A DNA stretch of 64,000 nucleotides from Patescibacteria group bacterium UBA6241 (lineage in GTDB: Bacteria; Patescibacteriota; Minisyncoccia; Phycocordibacterales; Phycocordibacteraceae): positions 224,602 to 288,601 of the forward strand of contig DJWB01000001.1 in assembly GCA_002441425.1 (NCBI GenBank), read 5' to 3'. This document shows, in pieces, positions 63,072 through 64,000 of the stretch; position 1 is the stretch's first letter, and every line of letters starts with the position of its first letter. The notes beneath the pieces were generated by a model, which saw only the letters and a program-made list of their open reading frames with translations, was not told the DNA's origin and did not search any database. A program made the translations under genes and the position numbers.

Positions 63072-64000
63072 TTACTTCTTTGAGATAATACTCTTCTTAT
63101 ACGTATCTAAATGTTTGAGTGCTACTCCTGTTCCGCGCGCTACACAATAATAGGCATCCTGCGCGAGCTTGGCCTCAACGCCCGTACGGCGATACACAAG
63201 CTCTGGAAGATTGCGGAGCTGGGAAGTTCCTCCGGTTAGGATAATGCCGTTATCAATAATGTCTGAAGCCAATTCTGGAGGAGTATCCTGAAGCACTTTG
63301 CGCACTGCATTCATCATCTCGCGCAACTCCCTATTCATTGCCTGTACAACTTCGTTTGTGCGCAGCTCAACAGTGCGTGGAAGTCCAGAAACTAAATCAC
63401 GTCCTTTAATAGACATGGTGAGCTCCTCAGTAACAGGGACAGCAGAGCCAATCTGAATCTTGATCTCCTCAGCAGTCTTGTCTCCAATAGCAAGGTTGTA
63501 CTGCTTCTTTACGTAATCAATGATGGAGCGGTCTAGCTTGTTGCCTGCAATCTTAACTGAGGTGGACGCCACGATACCTCCTAGTGAGATCACGGCCACA
63601 TCAATAGTGCCGCCACCAATGTCCGCAACCATGCGCCCCAATGCTTCCTGAATAGGAATACCTGCACCAATAGCAGCGAGGATTGGTTCTTTGACGACGT
63701 ACGCATCAGCTGCACCTGCTTTAACTGCCGCTTCAATAACAGCGCGCTTCTCAGTTGAAGTTACACCTGCAGGAACTGAAATGAGCACCGTTGGCTTAAA
63801 TATGTTTTTCCCAAGTGCCTTTTTAATGAAGTACCTGAGCATTGCTTCAGTAACGCGGTAGTCAGCAATAACACCGTCTTTCATAGGGCGGTATGCCTGA
63901 ATAGAGTCAGGAGTCTTCCCCACCATTGCTTTCGCTTCAGCACCAATTGCGAGTACTTTGTTGTTTTCAGTTGAAACCGCAACAACAGAAGGCTCGTTGA
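63072..64000 (-). CDS. Second MreB/Mbl-family actin homolog; N-terminus lies beyond the window end
   Basis: Motif EPILAAIGAGIP and co-linear with MreB. The frame is open to 64000. Confidence 0.8.
   Translation of the reverse strand, partial: NEPSVVAVSTENNKVLAIGAEAKAMVGKTPDSIQAYRPMKDGVIADYRVTEAMLRYFIKKALGKNIFKPTVLISVPAGVTSTEKRAVIEAAVKAGAADAYVVKEPILAAIGAGIPIQEALGRMVADIGGGTIDVAVISLGGIVASTSVKIAGNKLDRSIIDYVKKQYNLAIGDKTAEEIKIQIGSAVPVTEELTMSIKGRDLVSGLPRTVELRTNEVVQAMNRELREMMNAVRKVLQDTPPELASDIIDNGIILTGGTSQLRNLPELVYRRTGVEAKLAQDAYYCVARGTGVALKHLDTYKKSIISKK

Overview
The window is a gene-dense, low-GC (about 45% by eye) bacterial chromosome segment with a compact, overlapping gene layout typical of a streamlined genome. 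The gene content, including a split dcw cluster, mreBCD-pbp2, pyruvoyl-dependent arginine decarboxylase and short aaRS forms, is compatible with a CPR/Patescibacteria-like organism, but that assignment is not proven. The backbone carries seven aminoacyl-tRNA synthetase genes (lysS, partial; tyrS; trpS; aspS; gltX; cysS; proS). It also carries two tRNAs (Tyr-GTA, Glu-CTC), a cell-wall and division cluster split into two blocks (mraY-ftsW-murG, and mraZ-rsmH-ftsL-ftsI-murF), a rod-shape module (mreB-mreC-mreD-pbp2) plus a second mreB paralog, ribosomal proteins (L27, L9, L21), dnaB, recR, rmuC, a P-type ATPase, rseP, frr and holB. Two things stand out. (1) A roughly 3.9 kb insertion between truB and tRNA-Glu contains a large serine recombinase and a 580-aa acidic protein of unknown function. 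Each of the two genes is bracketed by its own pair of long (about 130-160 bp) near-perfect inverted repeats, and each copy of the second repeat carries a 33-bp perfect palindrome. (2) At least nine short GC-rich (about 55-62% by eye, with G/C-ending codons) single-gene cassettes are wedged into intergenic gaps between housekeeping genes. Each has a strong Shine-Dalgarno sequence and its own hairpin terminator, and two adjacent cassettes have perfect TTGACA-17-TATAAT promoters. There are no rRNA genes and no CRISPR arrays. Coordinates of repeats and small motifs were located by hand and may be off by 1-2 nt.
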